Shown here: piece after piece, positions 9,833-16,732 of the stretch
Layout: the number at the start of each line of letters is the position of its first letter
Numbering within the stretch: position 1 is the stretch's first letter
Assembly (NCBI RefSeq): GCF_000092105.1
Contig: NC_014148.1
Coordinates: forward strand, 2,670,001 to 2,702,000
Origin: Planctopirus limnophila DSM 3776
Lineage (GTDB): Bacteria; Planctomycetota; Planctomycetia; Planctomycetales; Planctomycetaceae
DNA: 32,000 nucleotides
Reading direction: 5' to 3'
Program-made: the position numbers and the translations under genes
The notes under the pieces: generated by a model
The model's database searches: none
Seen by the model: only the letters and a program-made list of their open reading frames with translations
What the model was told of the DNA's origin: nothing

Positions 9833-10948
9833 TTAACTCAATTTCTTGAGTAAGGTAATCCGTCCCGTTGTGACCCATTCACTGACAATAATGTTGCCAT
9901 TATGGTCAAAAGTGGCATCGTGCGGATGGACAAATTTGCCGGGTGCCCACTGCTTGGCGTCACCTCGATTCACCTTACCGGCATTGACGTTCTGATGGTC
10001 ATCGCACAGATAAGCCAGAACCTTGTTGTTGCCATCCAGGAGCGTCACACGACCCTGAAGCTCTGGCACCAGCATCAGATCCTTGTAGAAATCGACGTGG
10101 CAGGGCTTCTGAAAACCGTCGATGAGTGAAACAAATTTGCCCTCAGGCGTCAGGCATTGAATCGTGTTGCGACTGCGGTCAGTCACATAGAGAATTTCTT
10201 CTTTCCCGGGTCGTGCTTCCAAGGCCAGACCATGGTTGGTGCTGAACTTTCCCGGACTGGGGCCGGCACCAGCAAAGCTCAATTTGTACTCGCCGTCTTT
10301 TGTATAGCGATGGATGTAATTGGAACCATATCCATCGGCCACCAGCAGATCGCCATCCTTCAAAAAGGCAATGTTCGTCGGCTTATAGCGATTGGGTCCA
10401 CCCACTCCTTTGCGAGGAACTTCACCAGAACGAACACGCTGTGGCAAGGTGTTCTCACCCTCGGGATAAATGCCCGATTCCATGGGTGCAAACCGTTCCC
10501 AGATCAGTTCCCCCTTGAGGTTGGTCTTAGCAATCGACTGCACCGGGTCGGGATTCGAGAAGTAAAGAAACTCCTCACCATTCTCTTCACGAAGTTCCAG
10601 CCCGTGAGCGCCGCCCTGAAAGTATTGGCCGAAGGAGCGGACGTACTTTCCGTCCTGATCGAAGACGAAGACATTCGGGTGATTCTTCTTGTTGAAGTCA
10701 CCCGTGTGATTCAGATAGACAAAGCCATTCTTATCCACCACCACGGCCTGAGTTGTCTGCCACGTAAACTCGCTGGGAAGTTGAGCCCAGTTGTGAATCA
10801 CTGCGTACTGATAATCGCCTTGCCCAGTGGTCAGCGGCTGAGAATCCGCTTTACTTTGAGCATGCACGAACGGAGCCCCTGAAATCAAACCGGCAGTGGC
10901 CACACAGGCGGTCTTCAATGCATCGCGTCGAGAAATAGGCAAGGCCAT
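9833..10948 (-). CDS. Tat-secreted NHL-repeat / six-bladed beta-propeller protein (peptidyl-alpha-hydroxyglycine lyase-like fold)
   Basis: Twin-arginine signal MALPISRRDALKTACVATAGLISGAPFVHAQ. Repeated blade-like segments (VVVDKNGFVYL, LLVADGYGSNYIHRY, LYVTDRSRNTIQ, HDATFDHNGNIIVSEW). Confidence 0.78.
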   Translation of the reverse strand: MALPISRRDALKTACVATAGLISGAPFVHAQSKADSQPLTTGQGDYQYAVIHNWAQLPSEFTWQTTQAVVVDKNGFVYLNHTGDFNKKNHPNVFVFDQDGKYVRSFGQYFQGGAHGLELREENGEEFLYFSNPDPVQSIAKTNLKGELIWERFAPMESGIYPEGENTLPQRVRSGEVPRKGVGGPNRYKPTNIAFLKDGDLLVADGYGSNYIHRYTKDGEYKLSFAGAGPSPGKFSTNHGLALEARPGKEEILYVTDRSRNTIQCLTPEGKFVSLIDGFQKPCHVDFYKDLMLVPELQGRVTLLDGNNKVLAYLCDDHQNVNAGKVNRGDAKQWAPGKFVHPHDATFDHNGNIIVSEWVTTGRITLLKKLS

Positions 10949-11082
10949 GCAACCCTCATCAAGCTGAAAATAGTCTGTTGGTTGAGATGAAAATCAGACA
11001 CGTAGCGTAGTGGATTACCGAGGTAGGGTGCCATGGAGTTCTTACGGAATGCACCATTTTCCAATTAGAATTCTCAACTTTT

Positions 11083-11100
11083 CGTGCCATGCGTGCCATG
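11083..11100. repeat. perfect tandem 9-mer (cgtgccatg x2), with a third GTGCCATG at 11028-11035, upstream of the NHL gene
   Basis: Read directly: 11083-11091 and 11092-11100 are identical, and gtgccatg recurs at 11028-11035. These lie 80-150 bp upstream of the minus-strand start at 10948. Confidence 0.6.
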
Positions 11101-11152
11101 ACCCTGGATGCCCCAAAAAACAAAACACAGCGGAAGGGGATGGTTATCGACC

Positions 11153-11302
11153 GGGTGGCAGGGGTCGGATGTCTGCATCCGCCCCCTGGTCATCAATGTT
11201 CGCAAGCACGATTGCACCTGTCACGTTCCTTCCCATGATGATTGCCATGAACATCAACGCCCTATGACCTGGGGGCAAACGAGGACGTTTGACCCCAGCC
11301 AC
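11153..11302. repeat. interrupted palindromic element related to the one at 18806-18889
   Basis: Left arm gggtggcaggggtcg (11153-11167) matches 18806-18820 at 13/15. Right arm 11269-11302 matches 18854-18887 at 26/34. gtggcaggggtc and gaccccagccac are inverted, with 1 mismatch. The right arm also forms a local 13-position hairpin at 11269-11298 (1 mismatch, AGGA loop). Confidence 0.4.
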
Positions 11303-11309
11303 GCCTGCC

Positions 11310-11390
11310 GAACTCATCGAGCAAAGCGGCGAGAATGGGACGAATCCCGCGCAGAAGGCCACGAGACCTAGCTTCCTGCCGGGGAGGTAG
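11310..11390 (+). pseudogene. orphan fragment homologous to the last 26 codons plus stop of mlaD
   Basis: ELIEQSGENGTNPAQKATRPSFLPGR* versus the mlaD end ELIEQSGGTAPKTQQKSVRPSFLPGR* (9702-9782). That is 17/26 aa and 56/81 nt, ungapped. An in-frame stop at 11265-11267 leaves no room for a full gene. Confidence 0.6.
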
Positions 11391-11397
11391 GGGAAGT

Positions 11398-11505
11398 AGT
11401 TGGTCGTGGGTTGATGGTGGATGGTTGGCAATACGGCTGGCAATCAACCCACCCGTGTTCGCCACTTCCAACCAACAACCATCCACTCGCAACCAACAAA
11501 CAACT
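11398..11505. repeat. imperfect long inverted repeat (GGTTG/CAACC-rich) directly downstream of the valS stop
   Basis: Three paired blocks: 11417-11427 (gtggatggttg) with 11476-11486, 11409-11413 with 11490-11494, and 11398-11402 with 11501-11505. The loop is about 46 nt. No U-tract follows on either strand. Confidence 0.4.
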
Positions 11506-14501
11506 CACTGCAACTGACGGATAATCTCTTCAATACTTGCCAGTTGACTCTTCTGATTCGCCAACGTCTGGCGAACTTCGGCCACCACTTCCGGTGGGGC
11601 CTTGTCGACGAAGCTGGCGTTCCCCAGCTTCTTTTCGGTCGAAGCGATGAAGCCGCGCAGCTTCTCGGCCTCTTTCTTCTGCTTGGCCAGTTCTGCCGCC
11701 TTATCAATCAGGCCTTCCAGCGGCACGAAGCCCTCGGCTCCCACGAGTGCAAAACTCGCAGAAGCAGGGGGACGCTGCACCTCGGGGCCAGTCGCCGCAA
11801 TCTCCGCTTTGGCCAGATTCTGGATCTGGACTCGTAAGGCCTCAAAGTCAGCGGCAGCTTCAGCACGGCACTTCAGATGAACCGCAATCGATTGGCCGAG
11901 GCTGATGCCATAGGTCGCGCGAATATTCCGAATCGCACCGATTGTCTCCTGCAACCGGGTGAACCGCTGTTCGAGGGGAGGGGAGATGTCGGCGTCGTTC
12001 ACTACGGGCCAGGCCGCGATAATGCAGGCGGCTTCCGCCGGCTGGGGTTCAGGCAAGCCGCGTGAAGGGGCGATCTCGGCGAGGCGATGCCACAGTTCTT
12101 CCGTGATGAACGGCGTGAACGGGTGCAACAACCGCAGGATCTGATCGAGAACATGCACGAGCACCCGCTGCGCGACCGGCTTGGTCGTCTCGTCACGCAA
12201 CCGCGACTTGATCAGTTCGAGGTACCAGTCGCAGAACTCGTTCCAGACGAAATCCCGCAGGGCGCGCGTTGCCGCATCGAACTTGTAGACACCCAGCAGG
12301 GAGGTCACTTCGTTCGTCACCGTCGCCAGGCGACTGACGATCCACTGGTCTTCAATCGCCAGTTCACTCTTGGCCACAGCAGCAGGTGTGTAGCCCTCCA
12401 GATTCAGCATGGCGAAACGGGCGGCGTTCCAGAGTTTGTTGCAGAAATTGCGGCCAAACTCGAAGCGTTCGATAACAATCCCCGCCACCAGTTCGCCCTC
12501 ATCCGGTGTGTACCAGGGGCAGGCGTACTGCGATTCCTTCTTGCACTTGGGGCACTTGATCTTCGGCTTTCCGGGCGAAAACTTCAGGTGCTTCTGCTCC
12601 TGGGGAATCAGGTTCTGGCAATGGGGGCATTCGTAGCTGACCGGCAAGCGCACGTCCTGCGTTTCACCCGCAAACGAGGCGATCGTGAAGCGAGTTCCGT
12701 CGCAGCCGTAACGATCGACCAGTTCCAGCGGATCAACACCGTTCCCTTTGGTCTTGGACATGCCTTGCCCAAATCCGTCCTGAATTTTGGGATGGATATG
12801 CACATGTTTGAAGGGGATGTCATTCAGGTTGTAGAGACCTGCTAGCACCATTCGCGCGACCCAGAGCGTGATGATATCCCGCGAGGTGATCAGCACACTG
12901 CCCGGATAGTAGTAGGGGAGGACCGTATTCTTCCCGTCGCCGCTTGTATCTGGCTGGCCATTGAGTGGTGGATTCGACGTTTCATTCGGCCAACCCAGCG
13001 TCGCATGCGGCCAAAGTGCACTGCTGAACCAGGTGTCGAGGACATCGGGATCCTGTTCAAATCCGTCTGCTTCGAGTTGATTCTGGGTCTGTTCTCCATC
13101 GGCTGCCGAAGCGTCCACGCAAATCAGCACGCTCGCGGGATCGCTGGCGGAAAGAACACCAGCCGCCGAACTGTCGGGAAGAGTCGCAAGATACGACTCG
13201 GCTTCCTCCGCGCTAGCGAACTGCTTACTCCACACGGGAATCCGGTGCCCCCACCACAACTGGCGGCTGATGCACCAGTCGCGCTTCTCTCCAAGCCAGT
13301 CGAGATAGCTCGATTGGTACCGTTCGGGGAAAAATTTCACGCGGCCATCGGTCACGGCGTCGATCGCCTTCTGGGCGAGGTCGTCCATCTTCACGAACCA
13401 CTGATCGGACATCAGCGGCTCAACGGGCGTCTTCGACCGATCACTGAACTTCATGGGAATCTTGCGGTCTTCGACCTTCTCAAAGAATCCCAGAGATTCC
13501 ATCTTGGCAACCACGGCCTTGCGCGCTTCGAGACGATCCAGCCCGGCGAACTCGCCACCTTCTTCATTGATGGTGCCATCGGGCCGCAGGATGTTGATCA
13601 TCGGAAGCTTGTTGCGCAGACCGCAGGCGTAATCGTTGGGATCATGCGCGGGAGTCACCTTCACACAGCCCGTCCCCAACTCTTTATCAGCCAGCAGTCC
13701 ATCGGCAATGATCGGCACAAGCCTGCCGACGAGCGGCAGCCGGACGTGCTTCCCCACCAGCGCCGTATAGCGTTCATCAGTGGGATGGACGCAGAGTGCC
13801 GTATCGCCCAGCATCGTTTCCGGACGTGTCGTCGAGAATGAAATTCGCTGGCCGGTTGGTTCCCCCTGATCGTCAACCACGGGGTAGTTGAACGTCCAGA
13901 ACTGCCCGTCGATGTCTTCGGTATAGACTTCGTCGTCGGCGACAGCGGTCTGCAAAAAGGCATCCCAGTTGACGAGCCGCTGGCCACGATAGATGAGGCC
14001 GTCGCGGAACATCTTGAAGAACGTTCGCCGCACGGCCTGCGAGCAGACCTCGTCGAGCGTGAAGCGCGTCCGTCGCCAGTCGCAGCTCGCCCCCAGCCGC
14101 TTGAGCTGGCCGAGAATGCGGGCCTCGTAGTGATCCTTCCATTTCCAGATGCGCTCGATGAGTGCCTCGCGGCCCACATCGTGACGAGTGAGCCCTTCCT
14201 CCTCGAGCATCCGCTTCTCGACCATCGACTGAGTAGCGATCCCCGCATGATCGGTTCCCGGCATCCAGAGTGCCGAATACCCCTGCATCCGCCGCCAGCG
14301 GGTGATGAGATCCTGCAACGTCCCGTTAAGGGCATGCCCCATGTGTAGCGCCCCAGTCACGTTCGGCAGGGGGATCATGATCACATGCGGCGGTTTGGTC
14401 TCGCTGGGATCAGCATTGTAGTAGCCGTGGGATTCCCAGAAAGAAATCCAATGCGACTCAATCGATTGCGGCTCGTAAGACTTGGGAATTTCGGTCGTCA
14501 T
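11505..14501 (-). CDS. valS: valine--tRNA ligase
   Basis: HIGH motif HMGHAL, KMSKS motif GMSKTKGN, the WCISRQLWWGHRIP block, TWFSSALWP and a C-terminal coiled coil. The ORF track extends to 14639, but MTTEIPKSYEPQSIE at ATG 14501 gives the canonical N-terminus. Confidence 0.92.
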   Translation of the reverse strand: MTTEIPKSYEPQSIESHWISFWESHGYYNADPSETKPPHVIMIPLPNVTGALHMGHALNGTLQDLITRWRRMQGYSALWMPGTDHAGIATQSMVEKRMLEEEGLTRHDVGREALIERIWKWKDHYEARILGQLKRLGASCDWRRTRFTLDEVCSQAVRRTFFKMFRDGLIYRGQRLVNWDAFLQTAVADDEVYTEDIDGQFWTFNYPVVDDQGEPTGQRISFSTTRPETMLGDTALCVHPTDERYTALVGKHVRLPLVGRLVPIIADGLLADKELGTGCVKVTPAHDPNDYACGLRNKLPMINILRPDGTINEEGGEFAGLDRLEARKAVVAKMESLGFFEKVEDRKIPMKFSDRSKTPVEPLMSDQWFVKMDDLAQKAIDAVTDGRVKFFPERYQSSYLDWLGEKRDWCISRQLWWGHRIPVWSKQFASAEEAESYLATLPDSSAAGVLSASDPASVLICVDASAADGEQTQNQLEADGFEQDPDVLDTWFSSALWPHATLGWPNETSNPPLNGQPDTSGDGKNTVLPYYYPGSVLITSRDIITLWVARMVLAGLYNLNDIPFKHVHIHPKIQDGFGQGMSKTKGNGVDPLELVDRYGCDGTRFTIASFAGETQDVRLPVSYECPHCQNLIPQEQKHLKFSPGKPKIKCPKCKKESQYACPWYTPDEGELVAGIVIERFEFGRNFCNKLWNAARFAMLNLEGYTPAAVAKSELAIEDQWIVSRLATVTNEVTSLLGVYKFDAATRALRDFVWNEFCDWYLELIKSRLRDETTKPVAQRVLVHVLDQILRLLHPFTPFITEELWHRLAEIAPSRGLPEPQPAEAACIIAAWPVVNDADISPPLEQRFTRLQETIGAIRNIRATYGISLGQSIAVHLKCRAEAAADFEALRVQIQNLAKAEIAATGPEVQRPPASASFALVGAEGFVPLEGLIDKAAELAKQKKEAEKLRGFIASTEKKLGNASFVDKAPPEVVAEVRQTLANQKSQLASIEEIIRQLQ

Positions 14502-14575
14502 CAGGGAAACTCTCGTGAAGCCGCAGCACTGCCGGGCGGGATGAATCTCAGTGAATTTAAGGTCGAGCAGGGCCA

Positions 14576-16144
14576 CTACTCCGGCAGGCCCTCGTCTTTG
14601 AAAAGCTTGTATTCGACACTGTCTACCAGTGCCAGCCAACTCGCTTCAATCACATTCTCACTCACGCCGACAGTGCTCCAGGTATCGTGATCATCTCGAC
14701 TTTCGATCACCACACGCACACGTGCCGCGGTTCCTTCCGCCGAGTTGATGACGCGAACTTTGTAATCCACCAGATGCATCTGTTCGAGCGCCGGATAAAA
14801 ACGCAGAAGCGCACGTCGAACGGCCGTATCGAGAGCATTGATCGGGCCATCACCTTCTGCCACGACGTGCTCGACTTCATCGCCGACTCGCAGCTTGACG
14901 GTCGCTTCAGTCACTGGAACCTGTGCTTCTTCGGTCACGACCCCCACGCGATAATGCAGCCGCTGGAACTTGGGCGTGTACAGGCCCGCTTCTTTACGCA
15001 CCAGCAAATCGAAGGATCCTTCGGCCGCTTCGAACTGATAGCCGATGTTCTCCAGATCCTGCACGCGTTCGAGGATGTTCCGCATCAGTTGGTCATCCTC
15101 GGCAATGCGGTACTTCGTTGTTTTGGCGATGATGTTGCTGCGGCCCGAAAGCTCACTCACCAGCACCTTGCGTTCGTTACCCACAGTCTCCGGTGGGATG
15201 TGTTCATAGCTGCGAGCCAGGCGATTGACAGCGTGGACGTGCATCCCTCCCTTGTGGGCAAAAGCACTGCTACCGACAAAGGGTTGTCCTGGCCGAAGTT
15301 GCAGGTTGGCAATTTCGTAAACATAGCGAGAAAGCTCTGTCAGATGGACAATCCCATTGGGCTTGAGCACCTCGTGATGTTTCTTGAGTGCCAGATTGGC
15401 TGCCACGCTCACAAGATCCACATTGCCGCACCGCTCGCCAATGCCGTTGATCGTCCCTTGAACCTGAATCGCTCCGCAATCGACCGCGATCAGCGAGTTG
15501 GCAACGGCCAGTTCACAATCGTTGTGGCAGTGAATTCCCAGGGGAGTGGAGAGTTCTTTGCGCACAGCATTCACCGCCGCCGCGATTTCTTCGGGCATCG
15601 TCCCCCCGTTGGTATCACACAGGCAGAGCAGAGCTGCCCCGGAATCGGCTGCGGCCCGTAAGGTCTTCAATGCGAACTCAGGATTGGCCTTGAATCCATC
15701 GAAGAAATGCTCTGCATCATAAATGACGTGCCGGCCTTCGGCTGCGAGAAATGCCACCGAGTCGCGGATCATCGCCAGGTTTTCAGCTTCATCGACACGC
15801 AGAACTTCAAAGACATGCAGATCCCACGTCTTTCCCACGACGGTACAGCAGGGCGTTCTGGCATCTCGCAGTGCCAGCATGCCTGTATCCTGATCGGCAG
15901 TCACGCCCTTGCGTCGGGTCATGCCGAAGGCGGAAATTTTGGCGTGCTTGAGCGGCAGATCCCGCACACGTTGAAAATATTCCGCATCTTTGGGATTCGA
16001 AAGAGGATAACCTCCTTCAATAATGTCGAGACCAATTTCATCCAGCTTCTGAGTAATCAGGAGTTTATCCTGCAGCGAAAAGTTAACGCCTTCACCCTGG
16101 CTACCATCGCGCAAGGTGGTGTCGTAAAGCTGGATGCGAGCCAT
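14576..16144 (-). CDS. cimA: (R)-citramalate synthase (LeuA/CimA family, long form with a C-terminal LeuA-dimer regulatory domain)
   Basis: MARIQLYDTTLRDGSQGEGVNFSLQDKLLITQKLDEIGLDIIEGGYPLSNPKD, HCHND and a length of about 520 aa resemble the Geobacter/Leptospira-type CimA as I recall it. Telling it apart from 2-isopropylmalate synthase needs a profile search. Confidence 0.8.
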   Translation of the reverse strand: MARIQLYDTTLRDGSQGEGVNFSLQDKLLITQKLDEIGLDIIEGGYPLSNPKDAEYFQRVRDLPLKHAKISAFGMTRRKGVTADQDTGMLALRDARTPCCTVVGKTWDLHVFEVLRVDEAENLAMIRDSVAFLAAEGRHVIYDAEHFFDGFKANPEFALKTLRAAADSGAALLCLCDTNGGTMPEEIAAAVNAVRKELSTPLGIHCHNDCELAVANSLIAVDCGAIQVQGTINGIGERCGNVDLVSVAANLALKKHHEVLKPNGIVHLTELSRYVYEIANLQLRPGQPFVGSSAFAHKGGMHVHAVNRLARSYEHIPPETVGNERKVLVSELSGRSNIIAKTTKYRIAEDDQLMRNILERVQDLENIGYQFEAAEGSFDLLVRKEAGLYTPKFQRLHYRVGVVTEEAQVPVTEATVKLRVGDEVEHVVAEGDGPINALDTAVRRALLRFYPALEQMHLVDYKVRVINSAEGTAARVRVVIESRDDHDTWSTVGVSENVIEASWLALVDSVEYKLFKDEGLPE

Positions 16145-16263
16145 TTCTACTCAAACCCTTTCCGTGGCTGTCTCAATGAAACACTTCATTAATCTCAGCC
16201 CGGCCTCGGAACTTGGGCACCTCCTGCAGCCTTGTTGAAGAAGAGCTGAAGCGGATGCCATAC

Positions 16264-16292
16264 AAAAAATAACCCCCGGCATAACCGGGGGC
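16264..16292 (-). terminator. Rho-independent terminator inside the cimA 5' leader
   Basis: Minus-strand RNA: G-CCCCCGG (16291-16285), loop UUAUG, CCGGGGG (16279-16273), then UUAUUUUUU (16272-16264). It sits 120 nt upstream of the cimA ATG. Confidence 0.7.
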
Positions 16293-16326
16293 ACAAACAG
16301 GCAGAATCATTACGGCCTGGGTTGCA

Positions 16327-16386
16327 TTAGCCCCCGGAAGTCGTAATTCCAATAATCGATACTGTGTATACAAATGTGAGCGACAT
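16327..16386 (-). CDS. candidate leader peptide MSLTFVYTVSIIGITTSGG
   Basis: ATG at 16386-16384 and TAA at 16329-16327. The 19 codons include 3 Ile, 2 Val, 4 Thr and 1 Leu. The stop codon abuts the antiterminator arm. The SD is weak (GGA). Confidence 0.35.
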   Translation of the reverse strand: MSLTFVYTVSIIGITTSGG

Positions 16387-16414
16387 GCTTTTTCCGTTTT
16401 CTTGACGTCATTGA

Positions 16415-16443
16415 AGATTACCCAGTGAAGGCAGACACGTCAA
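16415..16443 (-). promoter_or_regulatory. sigma70-like promoter for the cimA leader
   Basis: Minus strand: TTGACG (16443-16438), a 17-nt spacer, then TAATCT (16420-15). The predicted TSS is near 16409-16407. Promoter consensus in this phylum is poorly known. Confidence 0.35.
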
Positions 16444-16732
16444 ACCCTCGCGGGGTTCATGGGGTTTCCAGCCCACGTTTTCGACGCGAAGTTTGTCAGA
16501 AGTAATGGATTTTACAAAAGATCTGCCTTTCTTCAGTCGCTCATTTTCCGGAGTCTGTTTCAAAGTCGGATGCGAGTTCATGTCGTAACAGCTAAACTGT
16601 CGCTGATTTCTTTGGGGTGAACTGAGAGCCAAACGTGGTCTGTGTTCTTGACAGTCCACAATAGATTTTCGATCGCCTGAGAACTGGGGGCTGGATCAGC
16701 CCAAATCTGCCGTTTCCAAATTAGCTTTATGA

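Larger units (their letters stand above)
16264..16409 (-). promoter_or_regulatory. candidate transcription attenuator (leader) of cimA, and possibly of valS
   Basis: CCGGGGGC (16337-16330) can pair with GCCCCCGG (16292-16285). That same segment is the 5' arm of the terminator, so the two helices exclude each other. A mini-ORF ends exactly at the antiterminator arm. Confidence 0.45.

Noticed and set aside
11044-11055. Exact 12-mer acggaatgcacc shared with 23138-23149, and the 10-mer gaactggggg shared between 16681 and 18851.
   Set aside because: For 32 kb on both strands I estimate tens of exact 12-mer coincidences by chance. Flanking sequence shows no further similarity.
11289-11390. TTG-initiated 33-aa ORF covering the orphan mlaD-like fragment as a possible live mini-gene.
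   Set aside because: The TTG is buried in the 11269-11298 hairpin. The GAGGA upstream is only 3 nt away, which is too close for an SD. A pseudogene remnant is the simpler reading.
11505-14501. valS appears more GC-rich than its neighbours. Seven hand-counted 60-nt lines average about 61 percent, against about 53-57 percent in cimA, purA, the NHL gene and the M60 gene. This hints at horizontal acquisition.
   Set aside because: The sample is small and counted by eye. The difference is modest and could reflect codon bias or amino-acid composition. Proper sliding-window GC, codon-usage analysis and phylogeny are needed before any claim.
14502-14639. N-terminal extensions offered by the ORF track: valS to 14639, kbl from 23114, coaB from 3040, hisH to 29124.
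   Set aside because: In each case an internal ATG gives the canonical family N-terminus. The extension is non-homologous or overlaps the neighbouring gene or a hairpin.
16310-16411. Alternative 33-codon leader ORF (MTSRKRKKHVAHICIHSIDYWNYDFRGLMQPRP) in another frame of the cimA leader.
   Set aside because: Its ATG coincides with or precedes the predicted transcription start. It runs through the antiterminator arm rather than stopping at it. The 19-codon frame fits the attenuator geometry better. It is not excluded if the promoter call is wrong.
16408-16659. 83-aa minus-strand ORF in the cimA-purA intergenic region.
   Set aside because: The translation is basic with no motifs. Its 3' end overlaps the predicted leader promoter. 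Apart from this, the roughly 290 bp at 16444-16732 remain unexplained, and I saw no convincing RNA structure there.
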